DNA of 64,000 nt from Rhodosorus marinus CCMP1338 (taxonomy: Eukaryota; Plantae; Rhodophyta). Below, piece after piece: positions 14,098 to 25,346 of this stretch. Made by a program: the position numbers and the translations under genes. The number at the start of each line of letters is the position of its first letter. Position 1 is the first letter of the stretch. The notes beneath the pieces are model-generated. The model had not been told where the DNA came from, made no database searches, and was given only the letters and a program-made list of their open reading frames with translations. The stretch spans positions 372,001 to 436,000 of the forward strand of contig JAMWBK010000005.1 of NCBI GenBank assembly GCA_029953675.1. The letters run 5' to 3'.

Positions 14098-15096
14098 CTA
14101 TGCTGCACAGTAGCTAAAGTGATCCTCGTCTATTGTCGAATAGAGATGCCCTTCTCGATGCAGGTAGTCTATTGCCGCATTGACTTGCACGTCGCTAAAT
14201 TTGTTGCTCAGGGCCTGAATCATATCTTGCCTTGGGATCCCTTGGGGATTCCCAGGCACGTTCTTCACATAGTTAGCAAGCTGAGTCACTGCAGGGGGTA
14301 TGGAGTCACCATTGTAAACTCCAACAGCCTGCCCATTATCGTCGCCCGAAGTCGTCATGGGAGCGGCTCCCATACCAGATCCCTTGTTGAGCACTCCTCG
14401 AGTGTGGTGCAGATATGTCTAAAAGCACAAGAACGACATAGAAGAATTCTCAGTCAGCGATCGACGTCTTACATGGGCTAGAGCTGATCACAACGCACCT
14501 CGATCACCTCCAAACGGTGAAACGTGAGCTCATTGAAATCTTCCAACGGTCGAATACCGACAGCAATCAACGTGCTAATACCCGAAATGGATTGTATGCT
14601 TCCGTGAGCCCGTACTATTGTCCCAGCCTTCCATGCCAACCTCTCGTTTACCTTGTAGGGTTTCTCATCCCCATCAAGCCAGAACTTCATGCTCAACGAT
14701 CCAGTAAAGTCGTTTATGACAAACTCAATATTCGTAGACAGTGTCTCCATTTTCTCGATAACTCCAACCACAGTTACTGTGGACAACTGTGCACCATTCA
14801 GAACAAAGTTGTCCCCAGAACTTGAGCGTTCAGCTTCGTTCAGCTGCTTGATCGTGACAGGGGTTATATGCTGTTTGTACACTGGACCAGCGTTCCGATC
14901 AACATTTTCAGAGTCCCTAGAGGGCATCATAAACCCGCCACCGCCTCCTCCACCCATGAATCCGCCACCACCACCACCGCCGCCACCTCCACCGCCTATG
15001 CAGAAGAAAACCAAACCACCGTCAGATACCCACACTTCTGCAAAGCGCTTGTAGTACTTGTGAGAATCTACTTTGCCGCTTACCAAAATAGGACAT
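14098..15096 (-). CDS. RPA2: Replication protein A 32-kDa subunit, 3 exons
   Basis: MSYFG|poly-Gly N-terminus; ITPVTIKQL; OB fold VTVVGVI...INDFTGSL; IRPLEDFNELTFHRLEVI; C-terminal winged helix ending LHREGHLYSTIDEDHF. Confidence 0.95.
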
Positions 15097-16776
15097 CTTC
15101 TATGCAGCACTATGGCTCCCTTAAAAAATCTTTATGTTTCTTTCCGAAAAATTATCCTGCTCCGTCCAGTCAAAACCGACAGCTACACCTCAACATCTAA
15201 AGCCTCGCCCTTCCCAACCCTACCAAGCTCCTCGATACACCCTCCCGAACGCCCTCTTCTTCACCATTTGGCGGGACCCGTTTTTCGCGTATTGGAGACT
15301 CTTAGAAAAGTGATATATTTCATAAAAAGAATATTTTTGGCCGGCCATATAGGATGCCCAATCTTCTTCCGGCACTATAAATTGGTCCACACAAAAATTC
15401 GGATAGCATCCTGTTTGCCATGATCTAGACGAAGGAGAAAATTCCCGCTAAAAAGTTGTCCGCTCTAAAAAAAGGACGAGAATATGAAAAATATATATTA
15501 AAAAGGGAATAATTAAAAGAACAATTGTAGATCAATGGTCATAGCACCATTTGAAGCCTTACCCCTCGGCCAGAATAGTAATATGACTTGTGGTTGTTTT
15601 TAAACAATATTTGGTAAATTCTATAATATGCAACTACCCCTATGTACCACTAAATAATTCAAGCTCTTGTTCTGAGGAGGGTTGATCTTAGATCAAGACT
15701 TGGACTGCCCAATGAATGACTCCATGCCTTGAGGAGGGGGATTGACATGTGCAATGGTGCTCTCCGTCTTCAGCCCGGGCTCAGATATTGCTCGTAATCA
15801 GCAAGTTTCTGGTAGAAAGAATACCTCAGTTCATGCATGTTCACGCGTCCCACATCTGGAAACCTACGCCTCCTAGCAGTTCTCTATTAAATCCCTTCGC
15901 GCTAATGGTTGAACATCCCAACTCTAGCGGACATATGTGCCACTTTTCTAGACCATTCCCAAACTCGAAACGTGATGAATCACATGGCCTGATCTGCTTC
16001 AACAGCAAGTCCGTACGCCGAAAACAGATCCAAATCTGGTAGGCCAAAAAAAAAACAGAGCTATTACAACCGACGAGCACGAAGGAAACTCTCCCAATTA
16101 CATAGCCACCACCCCACCCACTCCGACCTCGTCCTCAACGCAGAAGGCAACACACCCATCAACATTCTCCAACATGTGCATAACCTTTCAAGATCCAGAC
16201 ATACCCCTGACAACTACTGCCAATCCCAAGACCACCTTACAAGGGTTCGCTCAAGTATCGTCATCTTCACAATCACCACCAAGTGAATATCTCAAATATT
16301 TCGGAATGTCCGGACGGCGTAATAAATTTCAATACCGTTTAACTGTCAAATACTGTTAATCAAATAAATAGCAAAATTCAATCATTAAATAATTAATTAA
16401 ATTCATTTTTAATAATTTCAATCAATATAAAAGAAGACGATTAAAGAGTTGTGTTTTGTCCACTACATTGGATTGATTGAAATGGGATTTTTTTCGTTGC
16501 TGCTGGGGAGGAAGCTGGAAAGGACGGTTAAGGACGCTTGCTGGGGATGGAAGTGCGTGAGTGCAGGTAGGCAAGCAAGGAGTGGTGTATGGGAAGAGGG
16601 ATTTTTTGTTTAGGTTACTATGTACAGCTGTCCTGGACTTTATATGGGAGGGTAACTTTATTTTGCACTCGTGTTTGGGCGTGATCCTGTTTTGAACGTC
16701 AAACTCCTGTTTAGGTGCACGGGAGAATTTGGCTTTTCAGCTCTCTTCCGGGCCAGTTATTGGTGTGTGCAATAGG

Positions 16777-19575
16777 ATGGGTAGGGGCGATTTGGGGTTC
16801 TTGGGGTTAAATGCCCCCTTAGTTACACCGATGGGCAGGGGCCATGGATTGTGTGGTTCTTCCAGATCGGACAGAGGAGCAATAACCGCTCCTAGTATGA
16901 GCTATGCGAAGAAGAACAAGAAGAAGAAGAAATTAATGAAGAAGGGCCTCATTAGGAAACCTGAGGATACGAGGCTATTGGATCTACCAGTCCCGGAGGC
17001 GTTGGAAGGCAGCATAGCTATTGTGTGGTTTCGAAAGGATTTGAGGTTGAGGGACAATGAAGCACTAGCTTTGGCGAACACAGCAGATCAGTAAGGGCTC
17101 CAGAAATTTGCCTCAATTTGGGGTGTTCGCTGAGTCGTGGAGCCGCGAAAATGACTGACTTTTTCTGACTTTTTGGTTTATGATCAGCGTCATCCTTCTG
17201 TACGTTTTCGACGAGCGCGAGTTTGGCCCGGACAGCCTCTCCTCATTCGGATTCGAGAAAACCGGACCTTTCCAAGCGGCCTTCCTGATTGAATCTGTTA
17301 AGAATTTAAGGAGAAACTGCCGAATGCGCGGTGTCGAGCTACTAATCAGAACCGGAAAGCCAGAAAAAATCATTACTGACGTAAGCTGCAAACTACGCGT
17401 TGAGAAAAACGCTCTCTCGTAATGCGTCACCAAGCTTACCGACTGTTTCTCGTTGGTGTGTAACAGATGTGTAGAGAGTACCTGAGCAATGGAATGGACG
17501 TCAACGTGTTAGCTCAAAAAGAAGTGACCAAGGTAGCCAAATAGCGAAAGCAACCCAGTATCGTCAGCGATTTGTCTGAATAGCAGGTTTTCATGGTCAT
17601 CAGGAAGAGACAACAGTTGAGTTCCTGCTTCAGAGGTCGTTGAAGAGAATTTCGACTGAAGAAGCTCGGTCAAAGCTTCACCTCCTGTGGGGTTCAACCT
17701 TGCATCACATCCAAGATTTGCCGTACACCGCGTCCAACTTCTTCCCAATCAGTTTCACGACTTTCAAACAGGTAAGTTCGACTCTCTCGTTGATATTGCG
17801 GACTAATGCGTAGCCGAAGAGAAACTTTCTGATATCTTCAACAATATCTAAAATTCTCTTTCGTTGCGTAGAGGGTGGACAGGAAAAAGAGGAAGGGGAT
17901 TGTTCGACCTGAAATCGAGATACCCGAGTTCATAAAACCCCCGCCGGAACCGGAACTGGAGCCTGGAGATGTCCCCTCTCTTAGTCAAGGTATCATTTCC
18001 TGTAACATCTCGGAGCCAAGGCAAGCCGTTCTTACTTGAATGTATATCGGATCGTAGATCTCAAGGTTCATGGGCTCATGGAACCGCTGGAACTGGAGCA
18101 ACCTTTCCCGATGCCTCAATCTTGCTACGATTTCAGAGGTGGTGAAGACCAAGCCCTCGAGAGAATTGACGATTTCATATGGAAGAAGGTTCGACAATGC
18201 TCTCCAGACTAGCCTCCAGAGCATTCACCGCATGAAATTTCGAACTCAGCTGTTGCTTTTTGTGGTTTGCTCGTTTTCTTGCTTTGAAAAGGATGCACTG
18301 TACCAGTACTCGGAGTTGAAAAATTCAATGGGAACAAGCGACTTCTCCACCAAGCTATCTCCGTATCTTGCTCTCGGGTGCGTGTCCGCGAGGACCGTAT
18401 GGTGGGAGGCCATGAGGTATCAGGAAAAACACCCTAGGAAGGTCCAGCAGGGAACCTTCAATCTCGAGGTCAATCTCCAGTGGCGGGACTTTTTCCGGCT
18501 CACCGCCGTTGTGTACAAAAATCAGCTATTTGCCCGTGATGGTCTCGGTCAGCGGGATAAGAAAGGGCGTTTGACCTCGAGAACGTTTGCCAAGAGGGAC
18601 CCCACGGAAGAGCAATGGGATAGGATCAGAAAGTGGATGGACGGCGAAACCGGTGTCCCTTTCATCGATGCTCCCATGCGCGAACTCAAGTATTCCGGCT
18701 ATATGTCAAATCGCTGTCGCCAGAACTGCGCGTCTTATCTCGTGAACGACCTCGGTTGTCCAGACTGGCGTATCGGAGCAGAATACTTTCAGAGCAAATT
18801 GGTTGATCACGATGTCACTTCAAACTGGATGGGATGGCAGTATATTTCTGCAGTGTCAAACGATCCGAAGCACGGGAGAAGGTATCCAGTCCTAAAGCAA
18901 GCCCTGGCGTACGATCCTTACGGAATCTTTGTTAGAAGGTGGTTGCCCGAGCTGGCCTTGTGCCCCGCGCCTGAGATTCACGCTCCGTTTCTGTTCAGCG
19001 AGGAGGAGCAGGAGGCGTACAAGATGAAAGTTGGGGAGACCTACCCAGTCCCGGTCGTTGCGCCCTGGAAAATACCAGAGGAAATTGATCGGCCTAGTGA
19101 AGTTCCGGTTGAGGAGGAGGCGGAGGTTCGAGAGAGAAAGCCCAAGCTGCAGGAGGAAGTTGAAGCCCTTGTAGGTGATATAGATGGTTCCGAAGATCTT
19201 GAGGAAGACGAATCGGAGCGCTTCTTCACCGCGGATTCTGATGAGCATGTGGACTCTGAAGAGGACTTTTTGGCAGAGCTGATGGCATTGGAGGAGGACG
19301 GTACTGAGGATATGGAAGATGATGATGAAGAACTCGAAGAGGTGGAGGGTCTGGGAGACTTGGAAGCGAGCGCTGAGGAGGCTGAGTACGAAGCGGATGA
19401 GGAAGTGGACGTTGATCTTGAAGAAGACGATGACGAGCTGGATTTCGACGATCTTGAAGACAACCTACTAGAGGATGACGAAGATGATCAGAGTGGAAAG
19501 GCGGTTGCAGCTGACGAAGAAAGTCAGGAAGCTGTAGCCGAAGCCGGGGCGAAGGATGTGTCCAAGTTCTGGTAA
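16777..19575 (+). CDS. Cryptochrome DASH-like photolyase-family protein with a predicted organellar transit peptide and an acidic C-terminal tail, 7 exons; start codon uncertain
   Basis: IVWFRKDLRLRDNEAL; FEKTGPFQAAFLIESVKNLR; LWGSTLHHIQDLP; FRGGEDQALERI; STKLSPYLALGCVS; TGVPFIDAPMREL; MSNRCRQ; SNDPKHGR; KQALAYDPYG...RRWLPEL. These are DASH-type motifs. Confidence 0.88.
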
Positions 19576-20229
19576 AGTCCAGGTATCTTGCTGGACACCG
19601 AGCTCAAATTTTTGTTTTGTCCGCACACCAGTGGCCGTCAGGCTGCGCATGAAAGTAACCAGTGTAATGCACCCGAAGATTAGAGGTTCGCTGATTGAGC
19701 AGCACGATCGGAGGCTCGTACCTCGGCCCCCCTGGAAGTACGCTTATGGAGGGAAGGCTGCTTCACATGCGTACCAAGTACTGTCGTTTTAACTGGTAAA
19801 ATTTTAAGGTCAAGAACTCTTCAACCACAGGTCTGCCATGGGTGAGCGAGACCAAGCACTTCATGGAAGGTCCACTTCTCAGTATCATTTCTCTCGGTCA
19901 AGCGGAAAATCCAATCCGTTATACTCAATTTCCATCAAGATGGACTCTACCCAGTAGCCGAGGTCCACCCCCCAACTTGACCGTTGTCAAGTACCTACAA
20001 GAACGAAACTTGCTATGAATTATTTCAAATGATTGCAGGATTCAGCGACGTGCTCCTCAAGTTCGTCAACCATCACAATCATGTTTCACTCTTGAAGAAC
20101 AAGACCCAAGGGTTGTGCCATCGCACTATATCCCCGCTCGAGATCCCTCGCGAAGAGCCCCAAAAGGCCAAAAAAGAAAGGACTGGGACACTCAAACATG
20201 GGACATGGGACAAATCGTTCGCGTTGACA

Positions 20230-20960
20230 GAGGGAATTCCTCTTGATGAGGATTACGAGGACAATGGAGGATTCCTTGCGAAGCCTGACGAAGAGTGCAG
20301 TTGAGGTGCTGAGAAATTTCAACATGAGCGGGTGCATTCGCACGGCTGTGCCGATGGCGGAGCAGGATTAGAAGGACTAAAAGCACCAGGATACCGTGCG
20401 GAGACTAGCGAGTCGTTTAAGGGCTCTAGTGGGATCCCTCCTGTACCTGAGCCCGGGAGTAGACCATACATTTCATATGCAGTAGGTCGGTGCGCACGGC
20501 GTATGCACGAATACAGGGCGATGGACTCTCATTGGGCGAAGAGGGGGCTCGCTACCTTTCGGGAACTAGGTAGCTGAGTGTGAAACTGGGGGGGACTAGT
20601 TTGTGATAGGGTGTCCAGAGTGGCGGGGGTACCCGCAATCAACTGGGCGTCGTGTTTAGACAGGAAGAGCGCCAGTGGCATCATCACTGCCTGGCTGAGT
20701 AGTGCCCCCGAGCATCTCCACTTCTAAGAAACAGATGTCAGCTCCCGGTCGAGTGCGGAAGCTGAGTACCAGGCACTCGGAGACTTGACGGTACTTCAGC
20801 GCTGGTTGAAGCAATTTCTAGAGCATGTAGGACCATGGTGAAGAAACCAGTACATGCATTCTCGCTCAAGAGCTCCTCTCACCAAGTGGGTAACAGGAGA
20901 CGACAACAAGACGCCTCTACACATCAGAGGAAATATCATGGGAGCGGACCGATGTACAAC
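20230..20960 (+). mobile_element. Degenerate Ty1/copia RT-RNase H relic
   Basis: Frameshifted translations AVEVLRNFNMSGC, SRPYISYAVGRCARRMH, WASCLDRKSASG and SRSSAEAEYQAL match copia RT C-terminus and RNase H motifs; stops and frameshifts present. Confidence 0.8.
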
Positions 20961-21541
20961 GATATTTCCCACAGCCGCGCACGGGCTCTCTTGGCAGATA
21001 TGGGAACTCTTTAACCGTCACCCCCATAATACATCAAATTTAGATTTTCAATCAACAACTACTGGTATTATATAAATTAAAACAATATCAATCTTTACAA
21101 TAGATAGGAAACAAAATGACACTTAATTTGGAAATAGGGTTGCCTGCTTCGATGGGGTTCCGAATAGATAACTTTAACTGTCATCTGAGATTTTAGGACT
21201 TTTTATATCCACCGCCAAAATATACATAAAATCGTTATTAAAAACTATCTCAATCTAGTATGTTGATTGAATATAGATGACGATTAAAGGAGATTTTCGC
21301 ACCCGCAGCTTCTGGTGGGTGGGTTTGAGTATGTGTCCTGAATGTGTGAATGAGATGTATTCAGCCAAGGGGAGGATGCTGGGGGCTGGATGCGATGAGG
21401 CTTGGGATTGCGCTCTGTATGTGAATATGAAAGTAGGATGGGGACACGTTGCTTTTGGTATTTTTACTTGTATAGGCTGATGGTTGTGGACAAGGCTTTG
21501 CGGGGGTGTTTGGTGTTGTAGGGTTTTTGGTCCGTGTCAGC

Positions 21542-22667
21542 ATGGCTTTGAAGGGACACGAGCGGGCTTCTACAGGGGACCACCATCCGATTCGCGGTAA
21601 GGTTTTTGTAGGGTTATTTATTGCCGCTTGGATTACGACCTCCGTGGTGAGTCTGTTCCTGGCGAATTCGATGTTGAAGGGGGCTGAGATTGGCGAGGAT
21701 GTTTTCACTGTGTGGCAGCTGTCGTGTTCCATTATGTATGGTCTTCTGGTCACCAAGGTACTCCGGCTACGTAAACTGTCGGAGCTGAGTCGGAAGCAGG
21801 TCCGAGCAATAGTTCCACTTTCCATTGCCTATTTGGTGAAGGAGCTGCTGAAGTATGCGTCCCTCGGACGAGTGAGCGTTAACTTATTTAACACCATCCG
21901 GGTATGACGAATCTGCTCAACGTCAAGCATGGATAGGAAGCTTTTGTTTTTCGCGACCTAATCCTCATATTACCCTGTGCTGTTTTAACGGTTTTCAGTC
22001 GTTGGGGCCAATGTTTTCGATTATTCTAGAGATTCTGTTCTTCAAGCATTATCCCACGAGCGGAATAATATTAGCGCTGCTTCCTATCGTTCTGGGAGTA
22101 ACTGCAACCTCCATAGACGAGATGCACGCCTCGTTGCAGACTTCAGGAATCTTCGTCCAAGGGGTGGGGCTGGTAGCGGCGATTGCGTCGACTGCCATTA
22201 ACAACGCGCAGAACATCTACTCGAAGGTGTTGTTTGGGCAGAAGCGCATTGATCCTTTTAGTCTACAGATTTACCTGTCAGCTATTTCGCTCCTGATGAT
22301 AATTCCGTGCAAGGTGACGACGTCGTTGTCAATCGGTGGTGTCAGCAATGTTCAGCAAATGTTCTTCCCGAGCAGATCGACATCGCTAATGCTGCTTCTG
22401 TGCGGATTCATCAATTTCCTTTCCTCTCAGTTCGCATTTCGTACGTTGCATATGATCTCACCAGTATCATACTCGGTGTCAAACACTTTCAAGAGGATCG
22501 TAATCACCGTAACGGCAGTCAGTATATTTGGTGAGCGGCTATCCATCCTGAATGGGTTGGGAATAGCAACTTCAATCGTTGGTGTGTTTTTCTATGAGAG
22601 GGCCGTGAGGTCGTACAAGCAAGCTAAGCTGTACGAAACAGGTCACGAGGCGAAGACCATTGTGTAA
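21542..22667 (+). CDS. Triose-phosphate/nucleotide-sugar transporter family (TPT, SLC35E-like), 2 exons
   Basis: About ten hydrophobic segments; SLGRVSVNLFNTIR|SLGPMF; QNIYSKVLF; ISPVSYSVSNTFKRIVIT...FGERLSILNGLGIATSIVGVFFY. No obvious transit peptide. Confidence 0.85.
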
Positions 22668-23039
22668 CAGGCTCTACAGGCAGCCCAGCCTTGGGAATCG
22701 AGTGAATGCTGTGGAACTCATTGATCCTGACATGGGTCTCAAGGGTTGTATCCAAAATAGAAGCTGTCTTCTTTAGAACGTACGCGCACAAGCGGGAGCA
22801 CCTAGGCACGGACTCCGGAGGAAAGCTGGACTAGATAGGACATATCGAGGCGAGAAACCGATTACTAACTGTTGAAAAGTGTAAGATAACAGAGCGAGTG
22901 CTAGGGGAGCAAGTCCACCGTCTACTAATAAATCGACTAATAAACTGACGCGCTTTTCGATGAGCGCGTTATGACTAAATCCTCTTGTACAGTAGTTTGT
23001 CAGGCAAGTGGTCGTCAAACAGCAACATAAACAGTTCAG

Positions 23040-23480
23040 AAAACAGGAATGGACAACCTTGGCGGGTATCTCAACTCAGGATTTATGAACAACAGGTCAG
23101 ACGTGTGCTGACGTCAAAAATGTGTTTTTCATGGCAAAGATCTGCACAATGACTAGATGAGACCCACTGTACTGGTGGTCTGATAGAAGGCGGTGTTGGA
23201 TTTCCGTATTTTCCTGTTGGTTCCATCACGATCTATATACCCGAAGGTCAAGGTTCGTGGAATAACGCCGGGTGAACTTCTTGACTGCTCCCGCTCCCAC
23301 CCGGTCTCTCAACCTCCATTCTCACATGAAGAATGTGTATCCTTTCGGTTGCGAAGTTTTAATTCACCTTCGGAAGGACCAACGAAAAGATAAACTGGCC
23401 ATCGCCCTCAAGAGTTTATTCTTTTTTGTTCTGGAAAGTTCACCTTGAAGGGCCATCATCCATACGCGAACCAGACCCGT
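23040..23480 (+). mobile_element. Degenerate Ty1/copia integrase relic
   Basis: DNLGGYLNSGF (cf. DNGGEY..F), ITPGELL (cf. TPYELW) and YPFGCEVLIHLRKDQRKDKL (cf. FGC.A.VH.PK.KR.KL), broken by frameshifts. Confidence 0.55.
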
Positions 23481-25346
23481 GCTGCCATTAACGACGCTGG
23501 TCCATTCTATTCTTTTGCGGTTGGTTAATCTTGACATGCTTGGCGACGTGTCTACATACTGGTTGGCACCACCCTGATGTTGAGGATGGATTAGTTCATC
23601 AATTAAACTTAGCATTGCTCCTGTACCGCTGACGGATCAGCACGGACAATCCATCCGGATTCCTCGAACCTATGCACGGCTTGCCGGGAGACACTACAAA
23701 CTACGAGTAGAAACATTCCCCCCCTTCCGCACAGATGAAAAGCTTCGGGATCCAGCTTACTAGAATAATCAACTTTGTGTGGACCGCAAATTATCACGAG
23801 CAGGATCCATCTAAATACCACTCCACATCCCACAGTCAGCACTTCCACTATTAACCCTCTGAAACGGGATGGTTCGGCCAATTTCATTACGGTCGAACCA
23901 TATAGCCCAAACCGCAAAAATTAATAATTATAATGATTTTGTATTGAATGAATAAATTGCTCTCTCAAGTGGAAATTGGAGGATATGGATTTCTATCAAA
24001 GTAAATTCAGAACCATGGAATTTCCTTGCCATCAACAGAATTTACTAATTTACATGTCCCTTTTCACGCAAAGCGGTCCACATTTTTAATGAACATTCAA
24101 GCGTCCTCGAAACTCAAAAAAAAATACAAATGCAGAGACTGAGATGCCCTCACTCCCTCCCCCCCAAAACAAAAAATTGGTTTCCTGATTAAAATATTTG
24201 ATGTTTCCTTTGCGGGTGGATGTTCGCGGCCTTCAAGTCCCGTATTTCATAGAAAAAATTAGAACGGATCGAGGTTTTATTGTTTTAAAATAATTTCTGA
24301 ATTGTAAGGGGAAAAACCATGAGTGGCGTCGTATAACTCTTTACCAACGGGAGCAAATTTCTCTGTCTAGAAAGTATTGTACGGACGCTCTCAGCAAAAC
24401 TAGGGAAAAACGATGTGGATTAATACGATAGTTGCATAGAAATTATTAGTTTGAATGGTAGTACATTTTTGGTAAGTAGAAAAAAAAGAAGAGAAAATGA
24501 TAGAGTCTGGGCTAAAACGGCCTAAAAACTATTTTAAAACGCGGTTGGTTTTTGGGTGTTTTTGGAATGCGGAACATTTCCTAGGGGTTGAGTGCGCAAA
24601 CGGGGGAGGAGTGGGGAGGAGTCCTATGGGCTTTCTTTTTTTCTTTTGACGGGGGGGTTGTAAAATTGATTTGGCAAGTGGTAAAGTTTGGTTTTCTTGG
24701 TTGGAAGAATCTAATCTTAGAAATGAAAATATTTCCGAAAGGGGAGGGGGAGGGAGTTGGAAAGTCGGTGTTACTAGTGAACGGAAATAATTAGTCGTGC
24801 ATGAAATTGGATTCTTTTACTATTCGTGAAATATTTTTTTCTAGGGGGAGAGAACCGACCTGATCAATATCTGGTGTTCGATACTGAGGAAGTGGATTCT
24901 AGTTTGCTTACCTATGATGAAGACGGATGACGTCTTAGGGCATGAGGGATCTCTTTGAGTGATTTTTATGATGGGGTTGAAGGTGATTTTGGAGATGTTT
25001 GTTTGAAAGGAAGGGGAAGGGGAAGGGGAAGGGTAGGAGGTATTTCGGGGATTTTTTTTCGTATGGTTATAAATTCTTGGGTTCTTGGAGTTGGGAGGAG
25101 TGGATTTAGGTGTTGACATTGGGCGGGGTGGAGAGGGGTTTGGATGTTTGTTTTGGTTTTTTGAGAGCGCTTAGTTCGGGGCTGTTTGTTTTTTTTTGAC
25201 TCGGTTAGTTGTTAACAAGTGGATGAGAAATAGCAATGAAGTGTTTAGAGTGATAGTGAACGGCTTCGAGGTTGTGAGTTGTGAATAGGGGAGGGTTGGG
25301 GTTTTTGTATTTTTGTGGGTAGGCAGGGTGTTTTGTATTCTTAATT

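Noticed and set aside
15700-16100. Possible decayed minus-strand coding sequence
   Set aside because: Multiple in-frame stops and no identifiable motif.
19041-19463. Ser-rich minus-strand ORF (also 12586-12837)
   Set aside because: Antisense shadows of GAR/GAY-rich acidic tracts in the CRY-DASH and MYBBP1A genes.
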